From: Eledone cirrhosa
Lineage: Eukaryota
DNA length: 64,000 nucleotides
Direction of reading: 5' to 3'
Assembly (NCBI GenBank): GCA_964016885.1
Contig: OZ024745.1
Location: forward strand, 102,114,001 to 102,178,000
Shown here: one piece after another, positions 1 to 13,039 of the stretch
How positions within the stretch are numbered: the first letter of the stretch is position 1
Layout: every line of letters starts with the position of its first letter
Notes under the pieces: generated by a model
Database searches by the model: none
What the model was told of the DNA's origin: nothing
What the model saw: only the letters and a program-made list of their open reading frames with translations
Made by a program: the position numbers and the translations under genes

Positions 1-80
1 TAAAATTAATAAATTGCAGTTATATTCTTTCAAAAATGTACTTAAATTTCCAATTTCTTGCTGTCTGTCTCTACCCCTTT

Positions 81-98
81 TATATATGTGTGTATGTT

Positions 99-131
<33 letters not shown>

Positions 132-516
132 GTGTGTGTATGTGTGTGTGTGTCTATATATGTGTGTGTGTCTGTCTATATGTGTGTGTGTGTGTGTTTG
201 TGTCTATGTATATGTGTGTCTATATATATGTGTGTGTCTATATATGTGTGTGTGTGTGTGTCTATGTATATGTGTGTCTCTATGTGTGTGTGTGTCTGTT
301 TCTATGTATGTGTGTGTGTGTGTGTCTGTCTATGTGTGTGTGTGTCTATGTATATGTGTGTCTCTATATATGTGTGTGTGTCTATATATATGTGTGTGTC
401 TATATATGTGTGTGTATATATATATATGTATATATATATATGTGTGTCTATATATGTGTGTGTCTATATATGTGTGTGTGTGTGTGTGTGTCTATATCTG
501 TCTGTGTGTGTGTATT
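81..516. repeat. Compound (TA)n/(TG)n/(TCTA) microsatellite
   Basis: Direct reading; explains the spurious C/V/Y/I-rich ORFs 14..625, 36..551 and 58..633. Confidence 0.97.
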
Positions 517-1021
517 TATATTGTCCATTTCCTTCCAACAAATTCTTGTGAAGTTGCCATTATATTTTCCAATCTGTCCACTCTCCCATCACAGCCCTGT
601 TTCATTCCCTCATTTGTTTCCATAGATAAATAAATATATAAATATATAACTCCACAAACTACTGCCGACCTTCTGAAACTTTGTACGATAAGAAAAACGG
701 AAACAATATTTTTTGCTGTTTTGTTTACAGTTGCCATAATTCTTTATAGTTCATTCATTCCGAAATATCTAAATTAAATCCTATAACATTTGACTGTTAA
801 AATTTTTATATCTGTCTCTCTTTTCGTTCTTTTTCTTTTCTTTTTGTCTAAAAGTTACTTGATTTTGAGTTTTCATAAAGTAATCATCATGTTTGTATGT
901 GTGTGTGTTTTCATTTACATATTTATATATACAAAACTGTTGGTTGGTTGATTTTTAAAGAATGTCTCCACAGCATATATATAAATACTTCATGTATATA
1001 TTATATACATTTATGTATGTA

Positions 1022-1053
<32 letters not shown>

Positions 1054-1114
1054 CCAACATTTATATATTTCTTGGTGCAATACTTGTTTATATTTTTATT
1101 TATATATATATATA

Positions 1115-1936
1115 CTAGCAGAAATGCCCGGCATTGCTCGGGATTCTAAACATAGATTGGCATGTTTATCCCTCCTTTCTGAAACAGTTTCGTCGTATGT
1201 TCACCAATTGATGCAGAAGCCCTAATAAAAAGTAAAGTCGTCTTGCGTGAATAAGCAAATAATTTTACATTAAGATTTTTCAAAAGCATGTAATTGCGTT
1301 TCCTCTCTTTTTTGTTGTTGTTTTTGCTGCTGTTGGTGTGATAGCAGCTGTTGGTTGTACTACTAACACAGTCTCGTCCTTCTTCAGCCAATCGTGTAAT
1401 CCCCTTCTGCCTCGTCTACCTAAAAAATGATTGTCGCACCTCCTTGTACACAATGTTCCTTGTACACAATGTTCCTATGCAAAGAGATTTGTCTTGCTTC
1501 CCACTCTAGAGCAGCCAACGTATAGTTGCCCGTGTGAAAAACATGACTCTTCCAGAAGAAGACCAGCAACAGCTAGGGTCCGACCCTGGGATTTGTTGAT
1601 AGACATTGCAAAGCTGACACGAATTGGAAAATGGAATGGCTGCTCCTGATGGAATGAGAGGAACTCATGGAATGAATACATTGTCCCCTTGTCCACTAAA
1701 AGCAGGACGAAGTACACTAAGACTAACTGGTAGAGTAAGGAGTAAACTCGTCAGTGATGCATGTGATTTCCGAACCGTTGACTATGTAATTGCTGGCCTT
1801 GTGCCAAAAGTAGTGGGACTTTTTTGGTGGCATATCGGCAGTAACAATGACGATAAGCCATCTGTGCTTTCGTGAAATAAATACGTTTGTTTATGTTTTG
1901 TTATTGTGTATGCAAAAATATCTGTACACGAATATA

Positions 1937-1982
<46 letters not shown>

Positions 1983-2482
1983 TAACAGATTAAAGTTTAA
2001 GCAAAGAATCGCTGCTTTCAACCTTAACGGGATCTTCTGAAACTAAAAAAATCAATCTGTGAACGCAGAAGTAAATATTTTGAAAAATGTTGCAACCGAA
2101 GGAAAACAGGAAGATGATACTTTGGTTCGTGAAGACGTTCCCTACACTATATATATATATATATACACACTATATATATATACACACACACACACAGATA
2201 GCGAAGTCAATGTTTTCATAATGTCGTAATGCAGACAGATATTATAAGGGCGCGATGTTATAGCTATGTATCTATCTAAAAAGACAGACTAAGAAAGAGA
2301 GAGAGATCGCTAACCAGCCCCTAATGTGGTCCCTAGGACATTGAAAATTTGAAATATTTTTTTCTCAAAACACTTCCATGACCATAAGTATTACATGTGT
2401 AAAGTTTGAAAAAAATCGGTTGGGTGGTTCTCGAGTTTTAGAGGGACACACAGACAGACATTCTCTGTTTTAGATATATAGA
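1115..2482 (-). mobile_element. Non-autonomous Helitron carrying a RepHel helicase fragment
   Basis: Minus-strand 5' TC at 2482-2481, 3' CTAG at 1115-1118, subterminal hairpin CCCGGCATTGCTCGGG (1127-1142), A|T insertion site. Internal minus ORF carries PIF1 helicase motifs. Confidence 0.85.
1475..1650 (-). pseudogene. Helitron PIF1-like helicase C-terminal fragment (motifs V/VI)
   Basis: FPIRVSFAMSINKSQGRTL...CFSHGQLYVGCSRV matches the characteristic Helitron helicase C-terminus. Confidence 0.9.
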
Positions 2483-4373
2483 TATATAAACTACAACTGA
2501 CATGCAATCAAACTTTATTTGCTTATGTTGCCATGAGCAGACGCAGACACTCTCTCGACCCTCCGTCTTTTGATTCAGTAAAATAATCCGGATGTGACTG
2601 CTGGAAGAAGAGATGGCTACACTGGTTTTGTAGTATCTTTATCAACTACAAAAGAAATGAAAGGAAATGAAGACCTCAACAGGATTTGAACTGAGAATGC
2701 AGGAGCCCAGAACAAATGTATTCAATGTGCTAATGACTCTGCTAAATTGACCACCTTCAAAGAAAGGAGCTGGTCATCAGATCAGACCAAACGACTATGT
2801 TTGTAATAGTCTTTCCATTACTGCTGCTATCTCCCAGTCACAATCGCTGGCAAATAAAGTACCCTGTCCAGCGATACAATGTACTGAGCAGCCCAGGAAT
2901 CAAACCTATGACCTTGCCCTGCGGTTGTGAGCCCAACATATATCAAACGAAACAACGGAGTTAAAGACTCGCGTTTATCCCCTGTAATTTAGCTCAAGGA
3001 ATAAGTACCGAGCTCTTAATACAATATAGAGAGAAGAAAACACAAAAAAGTATGTTTTCAATTACATATTCACTCATGTTTTCTTCTCCTTATATTGTAT
3101 TATATATATATATATTGAGAGAGAGAGAGATGGAAATGTTTTGATTTAAATCTTCATGTCTGATGAGCAGATCGATACTGGAGACTTTGATATCAGTAAA
3201 GACCTCAAAAATATCATCTGTAAAACATGCATTGTTTGATCTGCTCCTAACCATGCAACTTCATAACCAACACCACCACCCTCACTTGTCCCAACGGCAA
3301 GTCATTCCAAGTCAGGGGCTCCTTCCACTGCACGTTATTCAAAGCCATTTACATTGGACAAACCAGTCATCCACTAGCAAACTGGCTCACCAGGCATATC
3401 CAGGACATCCGGCTCAGCAACCAGTCTCTGCTTATCTAACATTTTCGCTCCACACACGACCTCACAGTTTTTAGTCTTGTTGCTTGTCCCAGACATACAC
3501 CTCACAAAAGAACAGCACATTATATTTTCTCTTCACACTTTTACTGAAAACGGCCTATATGCCCTGCCTCTCTTCCTTTAGTCAGCTCATTCCTAGCATC
3601 CACTGCACATCCACTTTCTCATTAACATGTATGCAATTGAGGACTGTTATTAAATTAACTAAAATAAAAGGGTGAGAAAAGAAGTAAAATGGCAAACAAA
3701 AGAAAATATATATTAAATTAATTAATAAACACCATGGCTAAAAGTAAAGTTTGAAGAAAATTGATCTGATTGTAATAAGCAAAATTGGTTTATAATTTTT
3801 GTGAGATTTGAGGCATAGGGAGTGACATATCTATATTATATTCTACATACACTTTACACTCTCAGACATTCCCTTCATCAGTAGTTGATTAAAAATCTCA
3901 ATGATTTCAGCACCTGCTAGCAATATCTCTCCCTGCAACAGTGGCAAGTAGCACTGTGGCTCCCAGGGAATGCCTGTGTTTTATGGCCCAATCTGTAACA
4001 GTTTTTTCCTTTCATTATCCATGCACAAGAATGTGGGAGCTGTTGTAACCACTCTAATCTTTCAGAAATTCTTATGTTTACTCCTCACTGAACTTTTGTT
4101 TGCTCTCTACTCTCAAATGCTACTGCTATATCTATAATGAAGCATTTTCTGCTTCCCTTTCCAGTTCTTGAATCATCACTCTACTCTACATTCTAACCAA
4201 TTTAATTCTAGTATTTAACACTATATGGTTTTGTTTTATATAAATAATATCACATAGAAAAGATTTGTTTAATTTATTCTTGTTACAGTTCTTATTAATC
4301 CAATCTGTTTCAGACTGTGACAACTGTATGTAGTACATGACTATTTATATTTTCTTTTATAAATTCTTTTCAG

Positions 4374-4480
4374 TAACTACACTCCGTTGACCCAGGGACA
4401 AGAAATTCAGATGACTAATGATAGAAAAGTTGTTACTTTTGAAAATTCAAACAAAGGTAAACAGCAAAATGTTAATCAAG
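4374..4480 (+). CDS. Candidate internal coding exon of an unidentified host gene (NYTPLTQGQEIQMTNDRKVVTFENSNKGKQQNVNQ)
   Basis: Pyrimidine tract plus TTTTCAG acceptor (AG at 4372-4373), AAG|GTAAGT donor at 4481, open frame across 107 nt, non-repetitive sequence. No homology recognised. Confidence 0.5.
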
Positions 4481-5095
4481 GTAAGTTGAGATAAGAAATT
4501 TTTCCTGGTTATTTTCTTTATCTTGCATAATTTCATTTGCTTATTGTGGCATAAAGTTGAAGAAATGTTTGGAGATGTATTCACTCCAAAATATTTGGAG
4601 ATGTATTCACAAAGAGTAAAATCTGATTTATCTCATTGTAAGCCATATTTATATTTGAGGACAAAGTTGTGTTTTAATTGTATAGTGAAAAGATGGTGTC
4701 AGCTTTGCTAAAGTGTTGGGTTAGTGACTGAAAAAGCCATGAATTTAAACCAATATTTTGCTTTTTACGCTTAAGCTCATCTTTTAGATGCTTCCCTTCA
4801 ACTATTATGCTATCTATATTTATAATTTTGTATATATATGTGTGTGTGAAAGAAAGATACACACATAATCTTTTATGCTTTTGAGAAAATATTCTTTTTT
4901 ATTTATTGAGTCAAAATATATTGGTTTCTTTTTGATTAGGCACAAAAGTCTCATATATAATGGGACTTATGGCAATCATGTGTTTCTCAAGGTTGTTTGT
5001 ATAATTAAAGTGAATTGATATTAGAGTGAGGGTTAAAACCACATTGCCATCCTAGTGTGTTGTAAGTTCACTACTTGGTTTACATTATTTACCTT

Positions 5096-5302
5096 TTGGC
5101 AGTATCGGTAGAGTGTCAAATACCCTGCGTTGCGGCATAGAGTTACGGCTCTTTACATTCTGAGTTCAAATCCAACTGAGTTGAACTTTGACTTTCATCC
5201 TTACGGAGTTGATAAAAATAAGCACCAGTAATGCACTGGGGTTGATTTAATTGACTTTCCCCGTCCCTTCAAATTCTTGGCCTTGTGCCTAAAGTAGAAG
5301 CA
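5096..5302 (+). mobile_element. tRNA-derived SINE with Deu/Nin-like central domain
   Basis: B-box-like GAGTTCAAATCC; central CTTTCATCCTTACGGAGTTGATAAAAATAAGCACC; 12-bp TSD ATTATTTACCTT (5084-5095 and 5303-5314). Partial copies near 7070-7320, 10065-10165, 11175-11240, 20330-20470 and 48270-48365. Confidence 0.75.
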
Positions 5303-6644
5303 ATTATTTACCTTAATGAACCAATTTATATATTCAGGATAAAGTATGAGCATAAACCAGGAAAATAAAATAACAAAAGTGAGTTGAAAGTTGAAAATCA
5401 GTGTTTTATACTGTTGAGGGGAAAAAGTGATATCGATGTTTCAGGTAGTTCTTCGTTAATCAAGATTGATGGAAGGCGTTGAGGGGAAACATTATATAGG
5501 AGGAGAAAAAAAACAAGCATATGTTTACATCGTATATAGAATGGTGACTAATAGTTGAAATGATGTACATGAAAGTTAATGATTTCTAGCAAAGAAGAAT
5601 GCACAGAGTTGGAGAGCTAAAACTAGAATTAAACATGGGAGAAGTAATAGTGTATGTGTACGAGTGGGGAATTTAATATGAGAGTTTGTTTGTGATTTTA
5701 TATGGGAGAGAGGGGTAAATGTGTTTGTATATGAGAAGAATGGCAGTTGTGGGGGTAGTGCTAGTGAATAGGCCTGTGGAGTGTAGGTGATATTGTCATA
5801 ATAGACTAGACATAATAGGCTAAATAAAAACTTTTAGTGCAAATAAGGCATCATAATGTGAATATGTGGGGGTTAATGGATTGAGTGAAATGTATATGTG
5901 GCTATGTAGCAGTGTGGTGGGGGTCGTTAGAGGAAAGCTACTGTTAGTGAGACCTCAGAAACAAAAGTAATAAAAGCAGTGGAACTATGAATAGGAAAAT
6001 GTTGATTTGTTAGGAGTTGTGTGGAATAAGGTAAGAGTGAGAGTGAGATTTGGTAGAATTGTAAAATAGATAAAAATAGAGAAGTTTGAAGGATCAGTAA
6101 ATAGAGGTGTTGATGAGGTATTGGAAATGGTAGATGTGATTTCTATGACAGATTTGAAGGAGTTAATGAAAGAAATAAAGTGAGCTGCTTGCAATGTTTT
6201 CTTTAATGGGGTTTGTGATAGTATTGTGTATTTTTATAATGTTTATTTTATCAATTTAAGACGTATTTTTAGCAATTAAATGTCAGGTTACATATTACTG
6301 GATAGAAACACAACAAAATGTCTAAGCAAGCGTGTTAGTTTGTGACATCTGTATCTTTAATTTTAAATGAAGTTCCATTAATGGCTATTAAGGTGTAGAT
6401 TTTAGTTTGAGAGCTTTTTAAATATTATAGTTGTGAGAGAACTGTGCATTCAAATTTATAAATGTGAATTTGATATTGATAAGTTTATCAGTAAAATTTA
6501 ACCCTATGGGTTGGGTCAGCAGAATAGCCAGGATTTTTTGTGCCAAGAACAACAAAGGACCATTCTCTTCAGAATATGTATTATTTTATATAAATAGGGA
6601 GACACAAAGCAGGCTTTGTTTATAAATGGCTAGCAAATTTTAAA

Positions 6645-6912
6645 ATTAGGTAGTAACATGTGTTTACACTGTATTTGACTAAATAGAATTAGTCTGTTAA
6701 TTGGGATTTTAAAAAACCCTCTGAATGGAAAAAAGGATGAGTATTGATGTACATGGGACACGAACCCACATCTTTCGTTTGCCAGATTAATCTGTTACCA
6801 TTACACCAGCATGCCACCCATGCTTCCTTCCATTCAGATGGTTTTTAAATTTGCAACTAACAGACTAATTCTATGTAGTCAAATACAGCATAAGCACATG
6901 TTACTATCTAAT
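6645..6912. mobile_element. Inverted-repeat element (~95-bp imperfect arms) enclosing a degenerate tRNA-like core
   Basis: 6645-6742 is the reverse complement of about 6816-6912; 6745-6815 on the minus strand has A-box TGGTGTAATGG and T-arm GTGGG-TTCGTGT-CCCAT. Confidence 0.7.
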
Positions 6913-8800
6913 ATATTATTTTCTTTTTTCATCAATTAAGAGTCAAATAGTTTTGTAAGGAATTTTACATAACGATTTCTTTCTAGACCCACATTCAGAA
7001 ATGTTAGGGAAATAGAACAGATGATTATTATTGAAAACTTTGATTGCTATTTAACTGACTGACTCTGCTAAGATAAAAGGCAAAGTTGACCTTGGTGGAA
7101 TTTGAAATCACAGTATAGAGGGCTGTAACTAAATACTGCAGGACATTTCTTCTGATGCTACAACATTTTTGATAATTCACCAACCTGTATACAATAAGAC
7201 TGTCATTATTTTATCCTGCCAAGATTAACTTTGCCTTTCATCCTTACGGGGTCGATAAAATAAAGTACCAGTAATACACTGGGATAATTGCTGGCCTTGT
7301 GCCAAAAGTAGAAACAATTATTTTAATATCCCCTAAAACTGGTTTTACTATAGTTAATGTAGAAACATCAGTAGGTTTTATTGCCAAAGTGTTAAGAACC
7401 AAGTTAACTTCTAATTTTTCTATAAGATTTTAACATTGCATATATTAGCATATATTATTGATAAGAAACACATTGCCCATACATTACCATATTTTTAATG
7501 ACACTGACTTTGATTTAGAAATAATTTTGAAAATGATCAAGAATTTAGAATGATTTTGTAATATAACCAATTTCTCAGTATTTATCTAATGTTAAGTACA
7601 TAACTTAACAAAGGTTCTTACATAAAATTATGATAGAAGAGTTTTAGGTAAATATAAAGACTTTGAAATAAAGTTTTGTATTGTAGAACCGGTGATGGCT
7701 TCAGGAGCTTTGGAATAAAAAAGGTTCAAGCTGGTTTTGATGGGATTTTGAACCTTAAATTTAATAATTGTGTTTGAATATTATTTAGATCATTCAGTTT
7801 GGGCACAACACATGTATGAATTCAATCTAAAAGGTACAGCCAAGTAATAATATTTATTAAAAAAAAGAAGCAATTCAATTAAAGTAAGGACAGGTAAAAT
7901 AAGGTGATGATATACATGTAATATATGTATGATGATTTGAACTGGAATACCTATAAGTAGATTTTTGATGTTGAGTGATCTTAGAAAATGACCAGGTATG
8001 ACACATTTAATTTCTTTTTATTTCTAGGGAGTTAAAATAGATAGTATATGGTTTCATTTACATATTTAATGTTCTGGCCATGTATGAGCATTCATTTGTG
8101 TAATATCTCGGATATATTAATGGTTTGTGGTTTATAAGAAGGCCATAAATACAACTTGGCAAACATTTGTTGCTTGTTCTTGACAATTTGAAGATGTCTG
8201 GTTGATAATCACATTATTGGCTCCAGTAAGTCCGTTGAATTGAAGTGTCGATTTGGAAACAGTAGTAGCATGAAGCATTTTCTTCAATCTTGAAAAGTTT
8301 TTAAGGAGCAGATTAATTCTAATGTTGTATGCTGTCTGCCACTTTGCCCCATTTTTTCAAGATTGATTTTATTCTTTTTAAATAATTTATGTTCATTGTT
8401 GTGCTTATAAGATTCAGCTAAGCATACATATTTTACATCGTTATTCTTTTACTGGTTTCAGTCATTGGACTCCAGCCAGTCTGAGGCACTGTCTTGAAGT
8501 GTTTAGTCAATCATATTGATATCATTACTTAGTTTTGTAATTCTGATACTTCTTTCATTGATCTCTATATATCAAAATTCTAAATTACAGAACATAAACA
8601 AGCAACACTGGTTGTTAAGCAAAGCAGATAAAAACTCAGATAGACAGGCAGACAGACACACACTCACCTACATACATACATACATTTATATGGATATTAA
8701 ATGATGATGATGATGATACATATGTATATGTATATACAGTATGGATCTAGCTGTCGTAACAGCTGGAGTTCAGCCGTCGGAGTCCTGAATCTTTTCAGAT

Positions 8801-9147
8801 ATCATCATTCATCATCATTTCATTTTACGTCCGCTTTTTCCCTGCTTGCAAGGGTGGGACGGGAACTGATTTTGGCTTGATTTCTACAGCTGGATGCCCT
8901 TCCTAACACCAACCTCATTTACAGTGAGTGCTGGGTGCTTTTTTGCCGTGGCACCCCCATGACCACTTTGCAGTGGAATGACATGGACCCCCAGTCCCTA
9001 TCATCTCATTTCTACAGCTGAGTAAACTGGAGCAATGTGAAATAAAGTGTCTTGCTCAAGGAAACAACACATCACCCGGTCTGAGAATTGAACTCACAAC
9101 CTTTCGATTACAAGGCCAATTCTCTAACCACTAAGCCATGTGCCTCC
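8801..9147 (-). mobile_element. tRNA-headed SINE with RTE-derived 3' tail ending in (ATG)n
   Basis: Minus strand reads TGGCTTAGTGGTTAG (A box), GAGTTCAATTCTC (B box), CCTTGAGCAAGACAC body, then a tail matching the LINE 3' UTR at 41300-41565. Confidence 0.85.
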
Positions 9148-9159
9148 ATATATATATAT

Positions 9160-9707
9160 TATTGAATCTTTCATTATGAATATGATTATGTATCTTTTCT
9201 GATAGTGCTTCTATATCTGGGGTTCTTGTGTGTTTATGTGTTTATCAATATAGGCAAAGTTTATCTGTTTCACCAGGAAGAGAAAGACCCTTTTTAGGGC
9301 CTGAATGACTGATGGAAGGCAAAAAGATATCCTCAAACCAGAAGCCTAGTCTAAATACTTACAATACAGTGGATTCCATTAAAGGTACCCAAGTACCAGC
9401 TGGTAGTGTTAAACTGGGTGAAAGATTAAGTCTACCACTAAAATAAGTCACACCAGGCTTTGAACTCAGGATGTAAGTTTGTTATATCTGTTTCATCAGG
9501 GAAGAAAAGATCGTTTTTAGGGCTCGAATGACTGATGGGTGGGAGAAACATATTCTCAAACTAGACGTCTGGTCTAAATATGTATAATAAAGTGAACTTA
9601 GAAATAAACTATTTCTAAATGATGTTATCAACATATCATTGTCATGAAACTTGACAAATCATAAATCTAGATATAGTCAACTGACCACATTTCCTTCTCT
9701 TTAAGAA
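9160..9707 (+). repeat. Dispersed duplication, direct copy of ~16545-17250
   Basis: Shared blocks such as GTGGA(T/C)TCCATTAAAGGTACCCAAGTA and AAACTTGACAAATCATAAATCTAGATATAGTCAACTGACCACATTT; contains an internal tandem duplication beginning TCTGTTTCA(C/T)CAGG. Confidence 0.85.
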
Positions 9708-10176
9708 CTATAGAACAATAGAACAAACATATAGAACAATACTATAATAAATGTAACAATTACTAACCTGGACTGATACATTATGAACATAATTTCTTAG
9801 TGCCCATGTATGTGTGTTTGTATATGTATGTATACCTGGATAACAACTAGACAGCCATAATCCACAACCTGACACAACAAGCTGATACTCCACCTCTCAC
9901 TATAAAATTTTCTCTTCTATAATATCTAACACCCCAATAAACACTAAAAAGAGCACTCATTCTACGAAGCACTAACCTCTATAATATCTATCTAGGACCT
10001 AAAAAAACCTCTTAGCTAAACACACCACTTTATCTTTCCAGCCCACATAATACAAATCCTAACCATAATTGTTTCTACTTTTGGCAGAAGGCCAGCAATT
10101 ATGCCAGTGCATTACTGGTACTTTATTTTATCAACCTCGTAAGGATGAAAGGTAAAGTTAACTGATATTAAATTTT

Positions 10177-10218
<42 letters not shown>

Positions 10219-10219
<1 letters not shown>

Positions 10220-11360
10220 TAGCTGGCCCATCTGGCTGGCGCCCGGCTACCATTGGCGTGTTCTACAGCATACAGATATATATATATATATATAGCTTCA
10301 CTTGGATAAACAGATGATAAGCCGTCTGTGTAGTATAGTATTACTATTGAAAATATATAGTATAGTATTACTGTTGAAAATATATAGTACGGTATTACTG
10401 TTGAAAATATATAGTATGGTATAGTATGACTGTTGAAAATGTATAGTATAGTATTACTGTTGAAAATATATAGTACAGTATTACTGTTGAAAATATGAAA
10501 ATATATAGTACGGTATTACTGTTGAAAATGTATAGTATTACTGTTGAAAATATATAGTACAGTATTACTGTTGAAAATATATAGTACAGTATTACTGTTG
10601 AAAATATATAGTATAGTATTACTGTTGTATTGTTGAAAATATATAGTATAGTATTACTGTTGAAAATATATAGTACAGTATTACTGTTGAAAATATATAG
10701 TATAGTACGGTATTATTGTTGAAAATATATAGTACAGTATTACTGTTGAAAATATATAGTATAGTATTACTGTTGAAAATATATAGTATAGTACGGTATT
10801 ATTGTTGAAAATATACAGTACGGTATTATTGTTGAAAATATACAGTACAGTATTACTGTTGAAAATATATAGTACAGTACAGTATTACTGTTGAAAATAT
10901 ATAGTATAGTATTACTGTTGAAAATATGTACACAAATATATAATTATATATATATATAATTATATATTTGTGTACATATTTTCAATAGTAATACTATACT
11001 ACATATTTTCAACAGTAATATATAATTAATTAAAAGTTGGTTAGAAGCGAAGTCAATGCAGACAGGCAGGCATACAGACAGATATTATAAGGGTGTGACG
11101 CTATAGCTATGTATCTATCTAAAAAGACAGAGTAAGAAAGAGAGAGGAAATGACGTATTATATATATTATATATAATAAAGTACCAGTAATGGACTGGGG
11201 TAATTACTGGCCTTGTGCCAAAAGTAGAAACAATTATACTTCTTTTTTATACAACTGTAAATAACATTCTTGTATATATACGTATAAAGGAATGCTGTAA
11301 TAAAATGAACAAATTAAACTGTCTCTTATTTATGATACTAACACTATATATATACACACA

Positions 11361-11422
<62 letters not shown>

Positions 11423-11794
11423 TATATATATACATATATACACACACACAGATAGAGAAGTCAATGTACAGAATGGTTTTTGTAATGCAGACAGCCAGAC
11501 ATACAGACAGATATTATAAGGGCATGACGTTATAGCTATGTATCTATCTAAAAAGACAGACTAAGAAAGAGAGATTGCTAACCGGAAGTGTTGACATTTG
11601 AGAATTGTAAAGAAGTGAATATTTAAATAAACAATAAAATATCTCTAATGTTTTAACTAAATATAGTAGACAAAAATACCCTCACTTTCTTACTTGGAAA
11701 AGTTACATCAATGGTGCAAATTTGGTGCTGTTTGGTCCAACCGTTTGGCAAAAAGTTTGTTACATACATATGGCTGTCAGCTTTATAATATAGA
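10219..11794 (-). mobile_element. Non-autonomous Helitron-like element with internal minisatellite
   Basis: CTAG at 10219-10222 followed by a GC-rich near-palindrome; ends TTTATAATATAGA (TC on minus); shares the GCAGACAG...ATATTATAAGGG...TATCTATCTAAAAAGACAGA block with 1115-2482. Confidence 0.7.
10331..11020. repeat. Minisatellite of ~27-bp AGTATTACTGTTGAAAATATATAGTA(C/T) units with a terminal inverted arm
   Basis: About 20 variable units at 10331-10930, then reverse-complement units at ~10970-11020 across a palindromic TA centre. Confidence 0.92.
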
Positions 11795-13039
11795 TATATA
11801 TGTGTGTGTGTGTGTATTTAAAAGTAATAACAAAAATAACAAAACAAACGACACAGTACATGGAAGAAATATATTAGTTTAATGCTTGAAATAGCAGGAA
11901 GAGAGTTTTAACGTTTCGGACACTAGCCTGTCATCATTAGAAATAGAAAGTAAAGAGCAAAGAGAGGACGAAATGGAGAAATGCGAAAAAAATTGGAGAG
12001 AAAAAAACACATGCATATTTAGTTGGCCATCCTCAGACAAGAATAGATTGGATGATGGCTAAAAACATGATATACACACATATATTTAATCCCTCACTCT
12101 CCTAGTACCATTTGCTTCACTTTCACTCTTCAAGAAGGTTGAAGGTGTTGCCAAAAGCTTAGCTAACCATTCATTCTCATTCTCTACTTTTCTTAGAGCA
12201 GTTAGTGTAACACTTTGTCCATATATACTATGCAGTTAGATAATATGAACAGTTAAACATGTAATTGATTAACAGAATAGAACATACATGTGTTTCAATT
12301 ATGCAATGAGGCATAAATGAAATAATACTGTATATATGTATGCAAATCTATATACACAAATATATACATATTCATAAAGCTCATACATGCATTCATGTTT
12401 TTTATATTTGTGTAGATATTCTTAATGTTATGTTTCATATAGAGAGAATTTTCTATCAACTTTGCAATTAGCATTTTTACAACAGCAGTAATATTTGCTG
12501 AATTCATTTAATCATCCCAGCAGAGTATAGTTTAACCTTCAACATGTGAGATAAAGAATCCTTTGTGCTATATTTTCTGAGTTTTCTATAATATTATGAA
12601 AGGTTGATTTTTGAAATGCAATATGTCATAAGAACACATCCTTATGGCTTTGTCAAAATTCCTCAACTAGAAAATTGAAGTCCCTTTTCTATTTAGATTT
12701 ATTTTCTCCCGAAAAATATTATTATCATTATTATTTCAATTACCATTATCATTATTTCTGCATCTTTGTAAAAGTTGTACAGTGTTTGCACAAGAGAAAA
12801 TGAATATTTCTCCAATTTATTCTTCATTATATATTTTTCCTTTCAATATTTGTGATGAATGAAAAAGAGAAAAAAGAATACATTCTTCTGTCTCCCAGAT
12901 CCATACACTTACATTAATAAATTGATCTACATAAGTTTCGACTACGGGTTTCAGTACTTCTAACGACTGAACCATTTACTTGCTCTATTAAGTAGCCTAT
13001 TAGTGACTGAGTATTTCACAAACACATATAGTGTTATCA

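Noticed and set aside
14-633. Long C/V/Y/I-rich ORFs (also 897-1118, 11215-11535, 43585-44135, 62874-63179)
   Set aside because: Translations of dinucleotide microsatellites.
6745-6815. Functional tRNA gene (also SINE heads near 9080-9147 and 19012-19085)
   Set aside because: Acceptor and anticodon stems do not pair; these are tRNA-derived repeat parts.
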